DNA from: Ktedonobacteria bacterium
GTDB lineage: Bacteria > Chloroflexota > Ktedonobacteria > Ktedonobacterales > JACDGC01
Reading direction: 5' to 3'
NCBI GenBank assembly: GCA_027459785.1
Contig: DAIDGU010000056.1
Coordinates: 40,230 to 104,229 of the forward strand
DNA: 64,000 bases
How positions within the stretch are numbered: the first letter of the stretch is position 1; the number at the start of each line of letters is the position of its first letter. Below the pieces are notes generated by a model, which was not told the DNA's origin, did no database searches, and saw only the letters and a program-made list of their open reading frames with translations. This document shows positions 47,573 through 56,809 of this stretch, piece by piece. The position numbers and the translations under genes were made by a program.

Positions 47573-48994
47573 ATGGGGAAGGATCGCCTTGCCGCGCGCC
47601 GTGATCTCTGGACTACGCGGCAAATCCCGCCCGCGCCCGCCCGCCGCATCGTCCCCCCGCACCATCCCCCGGTGGGGAACAGGGTTCCCATCCCGCAACG
47701 GACACGGACGCCAAGCGTCACCCCTGCTCCATCAGCGAGGGGGAGGGGGCCGGGGGGCAGGGTTCCCGTGCCGCGACGGGATGGGGCCGGCCCGGTGCGC
47801 GCCTTTCGGCTGATCGCGCCGGTGCTGGTGCCGTTCATGCTGGGCAGCGTGTGCTTCGCCATCCTGGTGCTGCTGGGCCTGGCCGCGCCGGATGCCCTGC
47901 CGCTGGCGATTGGCGTCGAGGGGCTGGGGCCGATCTTTTTCGTGTATGCCGCCGTCGGCGTCGTGCTGGCCGCCGCGCTGGCCTATGCCCCCAGCGATGC
48001 CATCTGGGCGCTGGCGATGATCGTCGGCCTCATCGCGTTTGGGGCGATCACCACCTGGGCGATATTCGGTCCCCTGGTCGCCCTGACGCTGTTGCTGGGC
48101 CTGAGCGCCCTGCTCGCCGTGGTCGTGCGCCGCCAGATGCATACCGTGCTGGAAGACACCGTGCATGTGATGGTCCTTTTCGGCAAGCACAATCGCATTT
48201 TGCGGCCCGGTTTCAATCTGCGCTGGCCCTTCGAGCAAGTCTGGGCCATCATCAACACCGCTGAAGTGACGGTGGAAGTCGCCGCCCGCGAGGTCACGCT
48301 GCTGGGCGGCACGCGCCTCCATATCAGCGCGACCACCGCTTGCCGCGCCATGCCAGAACGCGCCCACCTGACCGCGCCCCATGCCCACGAGTGGGTGGAC
48401 CACGTGCGCCGTTGCCTGGAACTGACCCTGCGCGAGACGCTGAGCGAGATGGAGCCGGAGGAGATCTGCCCAACTGATGGATCGTTGCCCGGCGACGCGC
48501 TGAACGTGCGGCTGCGGGGGCGCTTGCAGCAGATCGTCGGCGGCTGGGGCATCAGCGTCACCTGGGTGCGCGCCCACACCCTCGCGCCCGTCGCCACCGC
48601 GCCGGATCAGTCCCGTGTCGGCTCCACGCCGGATGTGGCCTCCGGTCCGCATGCCGCCATCGCCGCTCTGCGCCGCCCTGGCGTCGCCACGCCCGGCACT
48701 GCCGCTGTGGCCCCCCCGCCGGATGTCGCGGTGGTGCGCGGCCTCACGCCCGGCGCGCTTTTGCCGCTGCCGCCCGCCATGCGCGCCGGCGTCCCCGTCC
48801 CCGAAGCCCTGGCCGACGCTTATGCCGCCGTGCGCGAGCGACGCATCACCGATCCCACCACTATCGCGCGCATCGCCCGCGCCTTCGATACCATCGCCCG
48901 CGACCCCGTCCTCAGTCCGCACTTACCCTTCGACGCGCATGAGGCCGCGCGCAACCTGCGCGCCCTGGCACACCAACTGACGGGCCGCGCATGA
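47573..48994 (+). CDS. SPFH/band-7 (stomatin/prohibitin-like) domain membrane protein with a Pro/Ala-rich C-terminal tail
   Basis: N-terminal TM helices; SPFH block VHVMVLFGKHNRILRPGFNLRWPFEQV; starts at the internal Met (MGKDRL). Confidence 0.65.
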   Translation: MGKDRLAARRDLWTTRQIPPAPARRIVPPHHPPVGNRVPIPQRTRTPSVTPAPSARGRGPGGRVPVPRRDGAGPVRAFRLIAPVLVPFMLGSVCFAILVLLGLAAPDALPLAIGVEGLGPIFFVYAAVGVVLAAALAYAPSDAIWALAMIVGLIAFGAITTWAIFGPLVALTLLLGLSALLAVVVRRQMHTVLEDTVHVMVLFGKHNRILRPGFNLRWPFEQVWAIINTAEVTVEVAAREVTLLGGTRLHISATTACRAMPERAHLTAPHAHEWVDHVRRCLELTLRETLSEMEPEEICPTDGSLPGDALNVRLRGRLQQIVGGWGISVTWVRAHTLAPVATAPDQSRVGSTPDVASGPHAAIAALRRPGVATPGTAAVAPPPDVAVVRGLTPGALLPLPPAMRAGVPVPEALADAYAAVRERRITDPTTIARIARAFDTIARDPVLSPHLPFDAHEAARNLRALAHQLTGRA

Positions 48995-49029
48995 CGTGCT
49001 TGCCGCGCAGGGGGCCATGTGGCGGCGCA

Positions 49030-49497
49030 TCAAGCGGCGGAGGGAGACGCTTGTTTGTGCCAGAACGTGCTGGTGAACACAACCAGCGGCCACCCCGCCC
49101 CCAGGAGCAAGAACAGTAGCGCCCGTTGGCCCAGCGCGGCAACCTGATCCTCGGTCGTGGGGAACGGCTGCCCCTGCGTCGCCGAGAACCAGAGCAGCGC
49201 CATACCGATGATTGCCATGAGCGGCACCACCAGGACGATCACGCCCGTGCGCGGCTGCGTACGCCAGTCGAACTGTGTCAGCCGGACGACCCAGGCCACC
49301 ACGGCGAGGACGAAACCGAGTTCCACCAAGAGCGCGGCGATGTGTGTGGGTGGCCACAAGTAGTGTTGAACCGACTGCGCGATATTGGAGGGACAATAAT
49401 CGAAACAGGTTAAGCTCAGGGCAAAGCTGAAAACCAGGCACCCGAACCCGTGGGCGAGGCCACCGAGCAGCGCGCTCACGCGGACGAACAGTGTCAT
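49030..49497 (-). CDS. Hypothetical polytopic membrane protein
   Basis: 155 aa; four predicted TM helices. Confidence 0.4.
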   Translation of the reverse strand: MTLFVRVSALLGGLAHGFGCLVFSFALSLTCFDYCPSNIAQSVQHYLWPPTHIAALLVELGFVLAVVAWVVRLTQFDWRTQPRTGVIVLVVPLMAIIGMALLWFSATQGQPFPTTEDQVAALGQRALLFLLLGAGWPLVVFTSTFWHKQASPSAA

Positions 49498-49519
49498 GAG
49501 ACTGATCCTTTCAACTGGC

Positions 49520-49600
49520 GGAAAAAGCGGTGGTCAGCGGGGCCGGACCGACAGGAATGACTGTCCGCCGAGGTGAGGGCGAATGGCTGTCCGCCGGTAC
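49520..49600. repeat. Repeat family A copy
   Basis: gcggtggtcagcggggccggaccgacaggaatgactgtccgccgaggtgagggcgaatggctgtccgcc. Confidence 0.6.
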
Positions 49601-49864
49601 CTATATAGGCTCATCTGCAAATAGGCTCATCTGCAAAGGGTGTTAGCAGATGGCGCGGGCATCGAGGATGGGCCACGAAGGACACGCAAGGGCTTGCAAG
49701 CAAGACGAAGGAACACGGCTGGCTGTCACAGCGGCACAGACTATTCGCGCTCCACTCCTCCGTTACCGTACTCAGTCAATAGTTAAGCTTGTGTCAGAGA
49801 GGGGTGATCGCAGATAATGAAGGTGTCACCGATCCCCCACGTCACCGCCAAGGAGCGCCCCGCC

Positions 49865-50539
49865 ATGCCTGTCGTCAAAATCGTCGCTCTCACCCAGGAA
49901 CATCGCGGCCACGGCATCACCACTGCCGCCTATTTTCTCTGCCAATCGCTGGCCCAGCGCCAGGTGCCGGTGTTGCTGACCGACCTCACCGGGCGGCACG
50001 ACCGCCTGCCCGTGTTACAGAAACATTTTCCCACGCGGAATCTGGTGCTGTGGACGCCGCCCGCTCCCACGATGCGCGACCTGCCGGCGCTGCTGCGCAA
50101 GGCGCGCAGTGAAGTCACAGGCAAGGCCGCCGTCATCCTGCTAGATGCCGACCTGACCGCGCTAGACGCCATCGCCGCCGCCGATGAGGAGGTGCGCGCT
50201 ATCGACTATCTGCTGCTGGCGACGGATTACACCGCCGATGGCGAAAAAGCCGCCGACCGGCTGGCGACGCGCTTTCAGGCGCTGCGCGACCGCAATCGCT
50301 TCGGCCTGGCTTTCGCGCGCATCGCCCCCGAAGAGATCGGCGAATTGCCGGAGCAAACTGACGATCTTTTGCCCATCCTGGGCTATTGGCCGGCGGACTA
50401 TCGCCTGGCGACCAGCGATGATCTCGTCACCGCTGGCACCACGCTCCCCGAACCACACCAACTGTATCTCGATGCCATGGCGCGCCTGGCCACACGCCTG
50501 ATGCGCCTGGTGCCGCTCGTCAAGCTCGAACGCGCTTAA
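49865..50539 (+). CDS. ParA/MinD-fold protein with a degenerate Walker A (probable pseudo-ATPase)
   Basis: KIVALTQEHRGHGITTAAYFLCQSLAQRQVPVLLTDLTGRHD is colinear with the ParA segment around KGGVGKTT...LIDLDPQ, but the lysine and P-loop glycines are replaced. Confidence 0.5.
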   Translation: MPVVKIVALTQEHRGHGITTAAYFLCQSLAQRQVPVLLTDLTGRHDRLPVLQKHFPTRNLVLWTPPAPTMRDLPALLRKARSEVTGKAAVILLDADLTALDAIAAADEEVRAIDYLLLATDYTADGEKAADRLATRFQALRDRNRFGLAFARIAPEEIGELPEQTDDLLPILGYWPADYRLATSDDLVTAGTTLPEPHQLYLDAMARLATRLMRLVPLVKLERA

Positions 50540-51504
50540 GGTCCAAAAGCGAATGTCGTGCTGCCCGTCCCTTGTTGACTGCCGTGCGTCGCGGTGACAG
50601 TGGCGGTGACGGTGTTACAGCTTTGCGGGATACGCGCCTTCCACGGATACGATTGATAATTGCCGTTAGGGTCGGTCATCCCACTGGTGGGAGCTTGGGG
50701 ATCAGTCACGCCGTCACAATCCATTACGCTGATGCTCAGCGTCGCGTTTGGCGCAGATTGCACGTGTACGGTCATCGTCATGCGTTTATGATCGTAATTG
50801 AGGGTGACGGTGAGCGGCAGCGGCGGCGGGGTTGCCGTTGGGGGGCTGGGCGTCGCGGTGGGCGGGATGGTGGGTTGAGGCGTGGACGTGGCTTGCGGGG
50901 CGGGTGTTGTGCCGGGAACCGGCGTCGGGTGCGGCGCGGGTGTGGCCGTCACGTACACGCCAGGTGTCGTCGTCACCACGGGTAGGGGCGTGGCCGTGGC
51001 CGCGCCCGTCCCCACGCCCAGCACCGGCGTGGCTGTCGGTGCGCCGTTCACCGAGATGATCGTCGTGACCGTGCCGGCAGGCCGCGCGAAGGCATCCTTG
51101 AAGATGCCACTCTGGATGCCCCACCACGCGAAGAGGACGACGAGCAACATGCCGATGATGACGCCGGTCGCCAGACCGACGGACGTGCCGGCCCAGCCGA
51201 AAAGCCCCTGGCGCGGGTGCGTCGGGTACAATAACGGATAATAGCTTGGCTCGGACGGCACGAGCGGTGGCGGCGGTGGGGCCGACGGTTCATCGGGATA
51301 GAGTGACGGCGCGGCGGCACCTTCCACGAAGGGCGAGGTCAGTGCGCCTTCGGTGAAACCACTTGGCGGTGCGACATGGGCGAAGGCCGCGGGATCCGGC
51401 TGTGAGTTGAGCGCAGGCTGCTCCCACGGTTGCGGTTCCGGCTGTGGCGCTTGTTCCGGCTCTGGTTGAGTTTTATAGGGTGTCGGTTCATCAGGATTCG
51501 TCAT
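50536..51504 (-). CDS. Pro-rich single-pass membrane protein with a Thr/Pro linker and a C-terminal beta-rich domain (hypothetical)
   Basis: 322 aa; TM helix GVIIGMLLVVLFAWWGI; TPTP linker; convergent with the ParA-like gene (stops overlap). Confidence 0.45.
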   Translation of the reverse strand: MTNPDEPTPYKTQPEPEQAPQPEPQPWEQPALNSQPDPAAFAHVAPPSGFTEGALTSPFVEGAAAPSLYPDEPSAPPPPPLVPSEPSYYPLLYPTHPRQGLFGWAGTSVGLATGVIIGMLLVVLFAWWGIQSGIFKDAFARPAGTVTTIISVNGAPTATPVLGVGTGAATATPLPVVTTTPGVYVTATPAPHPTPVPGTTPAPQATSTPQPTIPPTATPSPPTATPPPLPLTVTLNYDHKRMTMTVHVQSAPNATLSISVMDCDGVTDPQAPTSGMTDPNGNYQSYPWKARIPQSCNTVTATVTATHGSQQGTGSTTFAFGP

Positions 51505-51772
51505 GGGGCGGCTCCTTTTCCGGCGGCTAACTCCATATGTTCAGGCGAGATCCTTTTGCCTGCCGTCTAGTATCACAGGAAGCAACATAAGAGGCAAGAC
51601 CTCGCCAGGTTGACTGTTTGCAGCAATATCCAGGCCAAGACCTCAACCGTAAACGTTTGGAAGTTTTTTGTTGTAATACCGATTTTTACAATACAAAAAT
51701 ATAAAAATTACAAAAAAGGCGAAACCGGCGGATGGAGATTATGCATATCCCCATCCGCCGGCGTTGGTCGGC

Positions 51773-52618
51773 TTATTGAATATCGCCGCAGACGATGGGA
51801 TCGAAGCCGGTCTGGTTGGCAAGCTCCATACCCATACCCTGATGGACATTCAGGTACCAGCCCGACGCGGGGATGGACGAGACGCCGGAGATCATCGTGT
51901 AGCTGGTGCCATAGCCATTGGCGTTCGCCACGACATCATGCAGCATGTGCGCGATGCCGCCCTGGCTCTGGCATGAGCCGTAGTGGATGTGTGCAGCATG
52001 GTCACTGAACGGCACCAGATTGCTCACGAACACCTCGACATACAGCGTGTTATTCTGCACCCACATGTTGGCGTACCCACTCGCCGCCTCATTGGCATCC
52101 GACGTGGGATGCATGGGCAAGAAGGTATTTTCATCGCCATAATACGACATGCCACTGCCAGAGACCTCGCCGCAGGCGATGGCACCAAACTGGTTCGTCG
52201 CTCCGGAAGTGGTCATGGTCAAGCCGGGGCCGTTGTGGACATTGACATACCAACCGCTCGACGGGATGCCGTACATGACGTTAGTAATCAGCGTCAGGCT
52301 GGTCGCGTTGCCGGAAGCGTCGGCATACAGCGAATTCAGCGCGTATTTCACCGGTCCATTGCTGTTGCAGTTGTAGCCCTGGTGAATATGCGCCGGGTGG
52401 ATGCTATACGGTGCCAGACCGGTCAGTTGAATGGTGACGATCAGCGTCTTGGTGGCCGCGCGCCAGGTCAGCGACGCCGTGCCATACGGCACGTGATAGA
52501 GGCCGATGCTGGTGTTCATGAGTTGGTACGTCGGGGGATTAGGCTGGCTGGCACCCATCAGCAACGGCGCGGGGAGCAGCAACAGACTGGCGAGTACCAG
52601 TTTTGGCCCCCACCGCAT
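51773..52618 (-). CDS. Secreted tandem CHRD-domain protein
   Basis: Signal peptide MRWGPKLVLASLLLLPAPLLMGA; two CHRD signatures (PAHIHQG..., AHIHYG...). Confidence 0.65.
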   Translation of the reverse strand: MRWGPKLVLASLLLLPAPLLMGASQPNPPTYQLMNTSIGLYHVPYGTASLTWRAATKTLIVTIQLTGLAPYSIHPAHIHQGYNCNSNGPVKYALNSLYADASGNATSLTLITNVMYGIPSSGWYVNVHNGPGLTMTTSGATNQFGAIACGEVSGSGMSYYGDENTFLPMHPTSDANEAASGYANMWVQNNTLYVEVFVSNLVPFSDHAAHIHYGSCQSQGGIAHMLHDVVANANGYGTSYTMISGVSSIPASGWYLNVHQGMGMELANQTGFDPIVCGDIQ

Positions 52619-52893
52619 GATAAAGGTTGGTGAGCTTTTCACGGTCATCTCTTTCTGTGATTCCTCAGCTTTCACTGCCACACGCACCCGTCCTGCACGC
52701 TCAGAAGGATGCTGCGCATCTGCGCGCAAGCGCCCTTGCGCCGCAATGCCCATACCGAAAAAGGATTGACCGCTGGTTATTTCAGTTGTTTTCACAACGA
52801 CGCGAACTCTATCCCCCGCTACAAGGACAGGGCGGTTCTTTTGCGGTACAATAGAGGTACAATTCGCATAGATATGGACAAAGGATCATCTTT

Positions 52894-53988
52894 ATGCAGA
52901 CCGGCTCTTTTGCTGAACCATCGCGTGCGTCCCAGGCCGCCGACCCCGCGCAGCCCGGCGTGCCGCTGCCCATCGCGCCGGGCGTATGGCGCGTGCGCCT
53001 GCCGGTGCCGTTTCCACCCAACGGCACGAATGCGTATCTGCTGCACGGCGCGGGCCAGTGGTGCCTGATCGACACCGGCCTGGGGACACACGCCAGCCAG
53101 ACCGCCCTGGATGACGCGCTGCGCGCCCTGGGCATCAGCGCGGTTGACCTGAGCGCGCTGGTGCTGACGCACAGCCACGTGGACCACATCGGCTCCGCCG
53201 CCGCCATCGCCGCCGCGATGCCCGCCACGGCTCCGGTCATCCTGCTGGACCACGAAGCCGAACACCTGCGCGCCCTGTGGGCCGGGACCAGCGGACAAGA
53301 CTTCGACCGCATCGCCACGCTACAAATGCTGGGCGGCCTGAGCCGCACCGAGGCCGAATTGGGCTTGCAGTCGATCCGCGCGCTGGTGGCGCGCGTTCGC
53401 GTTCCCCCGCCGGAGCGCCTCCACGTGGTGCGCGACGGCGATGCGCTGCCGCTGGCGGGCCGCACGTGGCAGGTCATCTGGACGCCCGGCCACGCGGTGG
53501 GGCATCTTTGCCTGGCGCATGACGGCCTCGTCATCACCGGCGACCACATTCTGCCGCAGATCTCGCCCAACGTCAGCCTCACTTCGCTGGATCACCCCGA
53601 CCCCATCGGCGAACACCTGGCCAGTCTGGCGCGCATCACCGCGCTGGCGACGCCGGCCACGCTGGCGCTGCCCGGCCACGGCGCGGAGTTCATCGGGCTG
53701 GCGACGCGCATCGACCAACTGCGCGCCGGTCACGCGCGCCGGTCGGCGCACGCCCTGGCGGCGCTGCGCGCGCAAACTGGCCCTGCCACCGCGCTGACCA
53801 TCACCGAGGCCATCTTTCGCGGGCGGCTACACACACCAGAAGATCGCTGGCTGGCGCTGGGCGAGACGCTGGCGCACCTGGAACACCTGCGCGCCGAGGG
53901 CCAGGTTGCGCGCGCAGATACGGCGGGCGTCGCCTATTATGTCGCCTCAGCCGCCCCGGCGGAAGTTTCCGTTGTTTTTTCCTCTTGA
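52894..53988 (+). CDS. MBL-fold metallo-hydrolase
   Basis: THSHVDHIG (HxHxDH) and downstream His/Asp ligands. Confidence 0.8.
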   Translation: MQTGSFAEPSRASQAADPAQPGVPLPIAPGVWRVRLPVPFPPNGTNAYLLHGAGQWCLIDTGLGTHASQTALDDALRALGISAVDLSALVLTHSHVDHIGSAAAIAAAMPATAPVILLDHEAEHLRALWAGTSGQDFDRIATLQMLGGLSRTEAELGLQSIRALVARVRVPPPERLHVVRDGDALPLAGRTWQVIWTPGHAVGHLCLAHDGLVITGDHILPQISPNVSLTSLDHPDPIGEHLASLARITALATPATLALPGHGAEFIGLATRIDQLRAGHARRSAHALAALRAQTGPATALTITEAIFRGRLHTPEDRWLALGETLAHLEHLRAEGQVARADTAGVAYYVASAAPAEVSVVFSS

Positions 53989-54056
53989 CGAATCGCGCTG
54001 GATCAGCGAATATGATGTGAGAGTGTTATCTGGCAACATCTAAATGCACGCCACGG

Positions 54057-54935
54057 GTGGTAATGGGAGTGACGATGAACGATCCAAAGAGCAACGGCCA
54101 TCTCAACGGCGCGGCATCGGGGGTCACGGCGGTCGCGCAGTTCGCCAAGTGCGACACGTGCCGCGAATTGATCTTCGAGGGCGATCTCAAAAAGAATATG
54201 CGGGTCTGCCCGCGTTGTGGCCATCACTTTCGCTTGGGGGCGCAAGAGCGCATCGAGTTGATCGTCGATGACATGGACGCCTTCCAGATATTCGATGACG
54301 ACCTGCGTTCGACGGATCCGCTGCGCTTCGTCAGCCGATCCCAAGCCTACGCGGCCAAGCTGGATGAATATCAGGAAAAGGCGCACGTTTCCGAGGCAGT
54401 CGTCACCGGCATGGGGACCGTCGAGGGGCTACCCCTGTCGCTGGCTGTGATGGATTTCGCTTTCATCGGCGGCTCGATGGGGACGGTCGTTGGCGAGCGA
54501 TTGACACGCGCCATCGAACGCGGCGTACAGGGGCGCTGCCCGGTGGTCATCTTCGCTGCTTCGGGCGGGGCGCGCATGCAAGAAAATCTCTTTTCGCTCT
54601 TTCAGATGGCCAAAACCTCCGCCGCGCTGGCCAAGCTCACGACAGTGGGGCAACCCTTCATCTCCGTGCTGACGGACCCCACGACCGGCGGCGTCACCGC
54701 CAGTTTCGCCTCACTGGGCGACATTATTCTGGCCGAACCGGGCGCGCTGATCGGCTTCGCCGGCCCCATCGTCATCGAACAATCGATGCACCAGAAGCTG
54801 CCCCCCGGCACCGATACCTCCGAATTCGCCCTGGCGCACGGCATGATCGACATGATCGTGGACCGCCGCTCGCTACGCTCGACCCTCGCGCACCTGCTGC
54901 GCCTGTATGCCACCGGTGAACAAGCCGGTGGTTGA
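54057..54935 (+). CDS. accD: Acetyl-CoA carboxylase carboxyltransferase subunit beta
   Basis: N-terminal zinc ribbon CDTC...CPRCGHH; carboxyltransferase domain. Confidence 0.9.
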   Translation: MVMGVTMNDPKSNGHLNGAASGVTAVAQFAKCDTCRELIFEGDLKKNMRVCPRCGHHFRLGAQERIELIVDDMDAFQIFDDDLRSTDPLRFVSRSQAYAAKLDEYQEKAHVSEAVVTGMGTVEGLPLSLAVMDFAFIGGSMGTVVGERLTRAIERGVQGRCPVVIFAASGGARMQENLFSLFQMAKTSAALAKLTTVGQPFISVLTDPTTGGVTASFASLGDIILAEPGALIGFAGPIVIEQSMHQKLPPGTDTSEFALAHGMIDMIVDRRSLRSTLAHLLRLYATGEQAGG

Positions 54936-55171
54936 TGATGTTTTACAAATCAGAAGGGATATGCAACGCCGGGTCGCCAGGAGGGTGCCAGCGGTCGCAC
55001 GGTCGATGGGAACGAGACCAAGTGGTCGCCGGCACGCCGGGAGAAAGACCAAGTGGTCGCGGGGGCCAGATCCCAGTGCCGCACGCCCGCCGGGGGTTCA
55101 ACCCCCCGGCTCGGAACAGGAACCCCTCCGGGCTAGAAGCGAGCGTGTCCAGGATACATGGTAAAGGGGCA

Positions 55172-55222
55172 TAAACCGCGCCTAAGCGCCTAACGGTACG
55201 AGGTCCGCTGGCGCGGACTGCA
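55172..55222. repeat. Repeat family C copy (inverted orientation) in the accD-accA spacer
   Basis: aaaccgcgcctaagcgcctaacggtacgaggtccgctggcgcggact. Confidence 0.55.
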
Positions 55223-55256
55223 AATTGATGCGGACTGGAAAACGTGGGAGAGATGT

Positions 55257-56213
55257 TTGATGAGTTACGATCTGGATTTCGAGAAGCCGCTGGCGGAGCT
55301 TGATAAGCGCATCCAAAGCCTGCGCAAACGCAACGACAAGGCGCGGGCCGATGAACTGGCCGCGCTGGAGCGCGAACTGGCCCAGGCGACAGCGGAACTG
55401 TATCGCAACCTGACGCCGTGGCAGCGCGTGCAGGTCGCGCGGCATAAGGATCGCCCTTACACGGCAGATTATATTCGCTACCTCTTCCCCGACTTCTTCG
55501 AGTTGCGCGGCGACCGGCGCTTCGCGGATGATCGCGCCATCCTGGGGGGCGTCGCCACCTTCGCGGGGCGCACGGTGCTGATCGTCGGCCACCAGAAGGG
55601 CCGCGACACGAAGGAGCGGCTGGACTGCAACTTCGGCATGGCCCATCCCGAAGGCTACCGCAAGGCGCTGCGCCTTTTCGAGCACGCGGAAAAGTTCGGC
55701 TTCCCGGTCTTTACCTTCATCGACACGCCGGGAGCCTATCTGAACCTGGCTGCCGAAGAGCGCGGCATCGCCGAGGCCATCGCCGAGAACCTGTTGCGCA
55801 TGTCTACCTTGCGCGTGCCGATCATCGCCACCGTCATCGGTGAAGGCGGCAGCGGCGGCGCGCTGGGCATCGGCGTGGCAGATCGCATCATCATGCTCGA
55901 AAACAGCATCTATTCGGTCGCCTCACCGGAAGCCGCCGCCTCGATCCTCTGGAAGAGTACGTCGTTTGCCCCCCAGGCTGCCGAGGCGATGCGCATCATC
56001 GCGCCCGCGCTGCTGGAATTGGGACTGATCGACCGGGTGGTGGACGAGCCGCTGGGCGGCGCACACCGCGACCATCGCGCCGTCGCCGAAACGGTGCGCA
56101 CGGCGCTCCAGGAAGAACTGGCGCACCTGCTCAACCTCCCCATCCCAACCCTGCTGGACCAACGCTATGCACGTTTGCGCGAGATCGGCGCGCCCGCGCA
56201 GGTGCGTGTTTGA
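55257..56213 (+). CDS. accA: Acetyl-CoA carboxylase carboxyltransferase subunit alpha
   Basis: 318 aa; AccA motifs (FIDTPGAY, GEGGSGGALG). Confidence 0.9.
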   Translation: MMSYDLDFEKPLAELDKRIQSLRKRNDKARADELAALERELAQATAELYRNLTPWQRVQVARHKDRPYTADYIRYLFPDFFELRGDRRFADDRAILGGVATFAGRTVLIVGHQKGRDTKERLDCNFGMAHPEGYRKALRLFEHAEKFGFPVFTFIDTPGAYLNLAAEERGIAEAIAENLLRMSTLRVPIIATVIGEGGSGGALGIGVADRIIMLENSIYSVASPEAAASILWKSTSFAPQAAEAMRIIAPALLELGLIDRVVDEPLGGAHRDHRAVAETVRTALQEELAHLLNLPIPTLLDQRYARLREIGAPAQVRV

Positions 56214-56368
56214 CGCGAACCAGACAGGCAAGCGATCTGGTGGCTGGCAGGATGACTTAGGCAAGCGGGCGGTTGGGCAGCGTGGTAGGGACGAGCAGGC
56301 GGTTGAATCATATCGGGGGGTCGAGCGGGCGGTCCCATTCATCCGCTTCGCATTATAGGAGTTTGGGC

Positions 56369-56809
56369 TTGAAACTTTATACCATTGGTTTCACGAAAAA
56401 GACCGCTGAACATTTTTTTACGACATTGCACGCGCATGGTGTCGCGCGGCTGATCGACATTCGCCTGCACCCGCAGGGGCAGCTCGCGGGCTTCGCCAAG
56501 CAAAGCGACCTGGCCTATTTCCTCAAACGCCTGGCGGCATGTGATTATCTGCATCGGCTGGACCTGGCACCGACGGACGATTTGCTGGCGACGTATCAGA
56601 AAACGCACGATTGGCCGGCCTATGCGCGCGGCTTCGCGGCGCTGATGGATGCACGTGCTATTCCCGCGTCGCTTGACCGCGATCTCTTTACGCGCGAGCC
56701 GTGCTGTTTGTTGTGCAGCGAGGCCACGCCGGAGCATTGCCATCGCCGCCTGGTGGCGGAGCGGCTGGCCGCGGCCTGGCCGGAGATCGCAATCGAGCAT
56801 CTGCTTTAG
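56369..56809 (+). CDS. DUF488-family protein
   Basis: LKLYTIGFTKKT... from a TTG start 7 nt after a TAGGAG SD; DUF488 typically begins M.IYTIG. Confidence 0.55.
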   Translation: MKLYTIGFTKKTAEHFFTTLHAHGVARLIDIRLHPQGQLAGFAKQSDLAYFLKRLAACDYLHRLDLAPTDDLLATYQKTHDWPAYARGFAALMDARAIPASLDRDLFTREPCCLLCSEATPEHCHRRLVAERLAAAWPEIAIEHLL

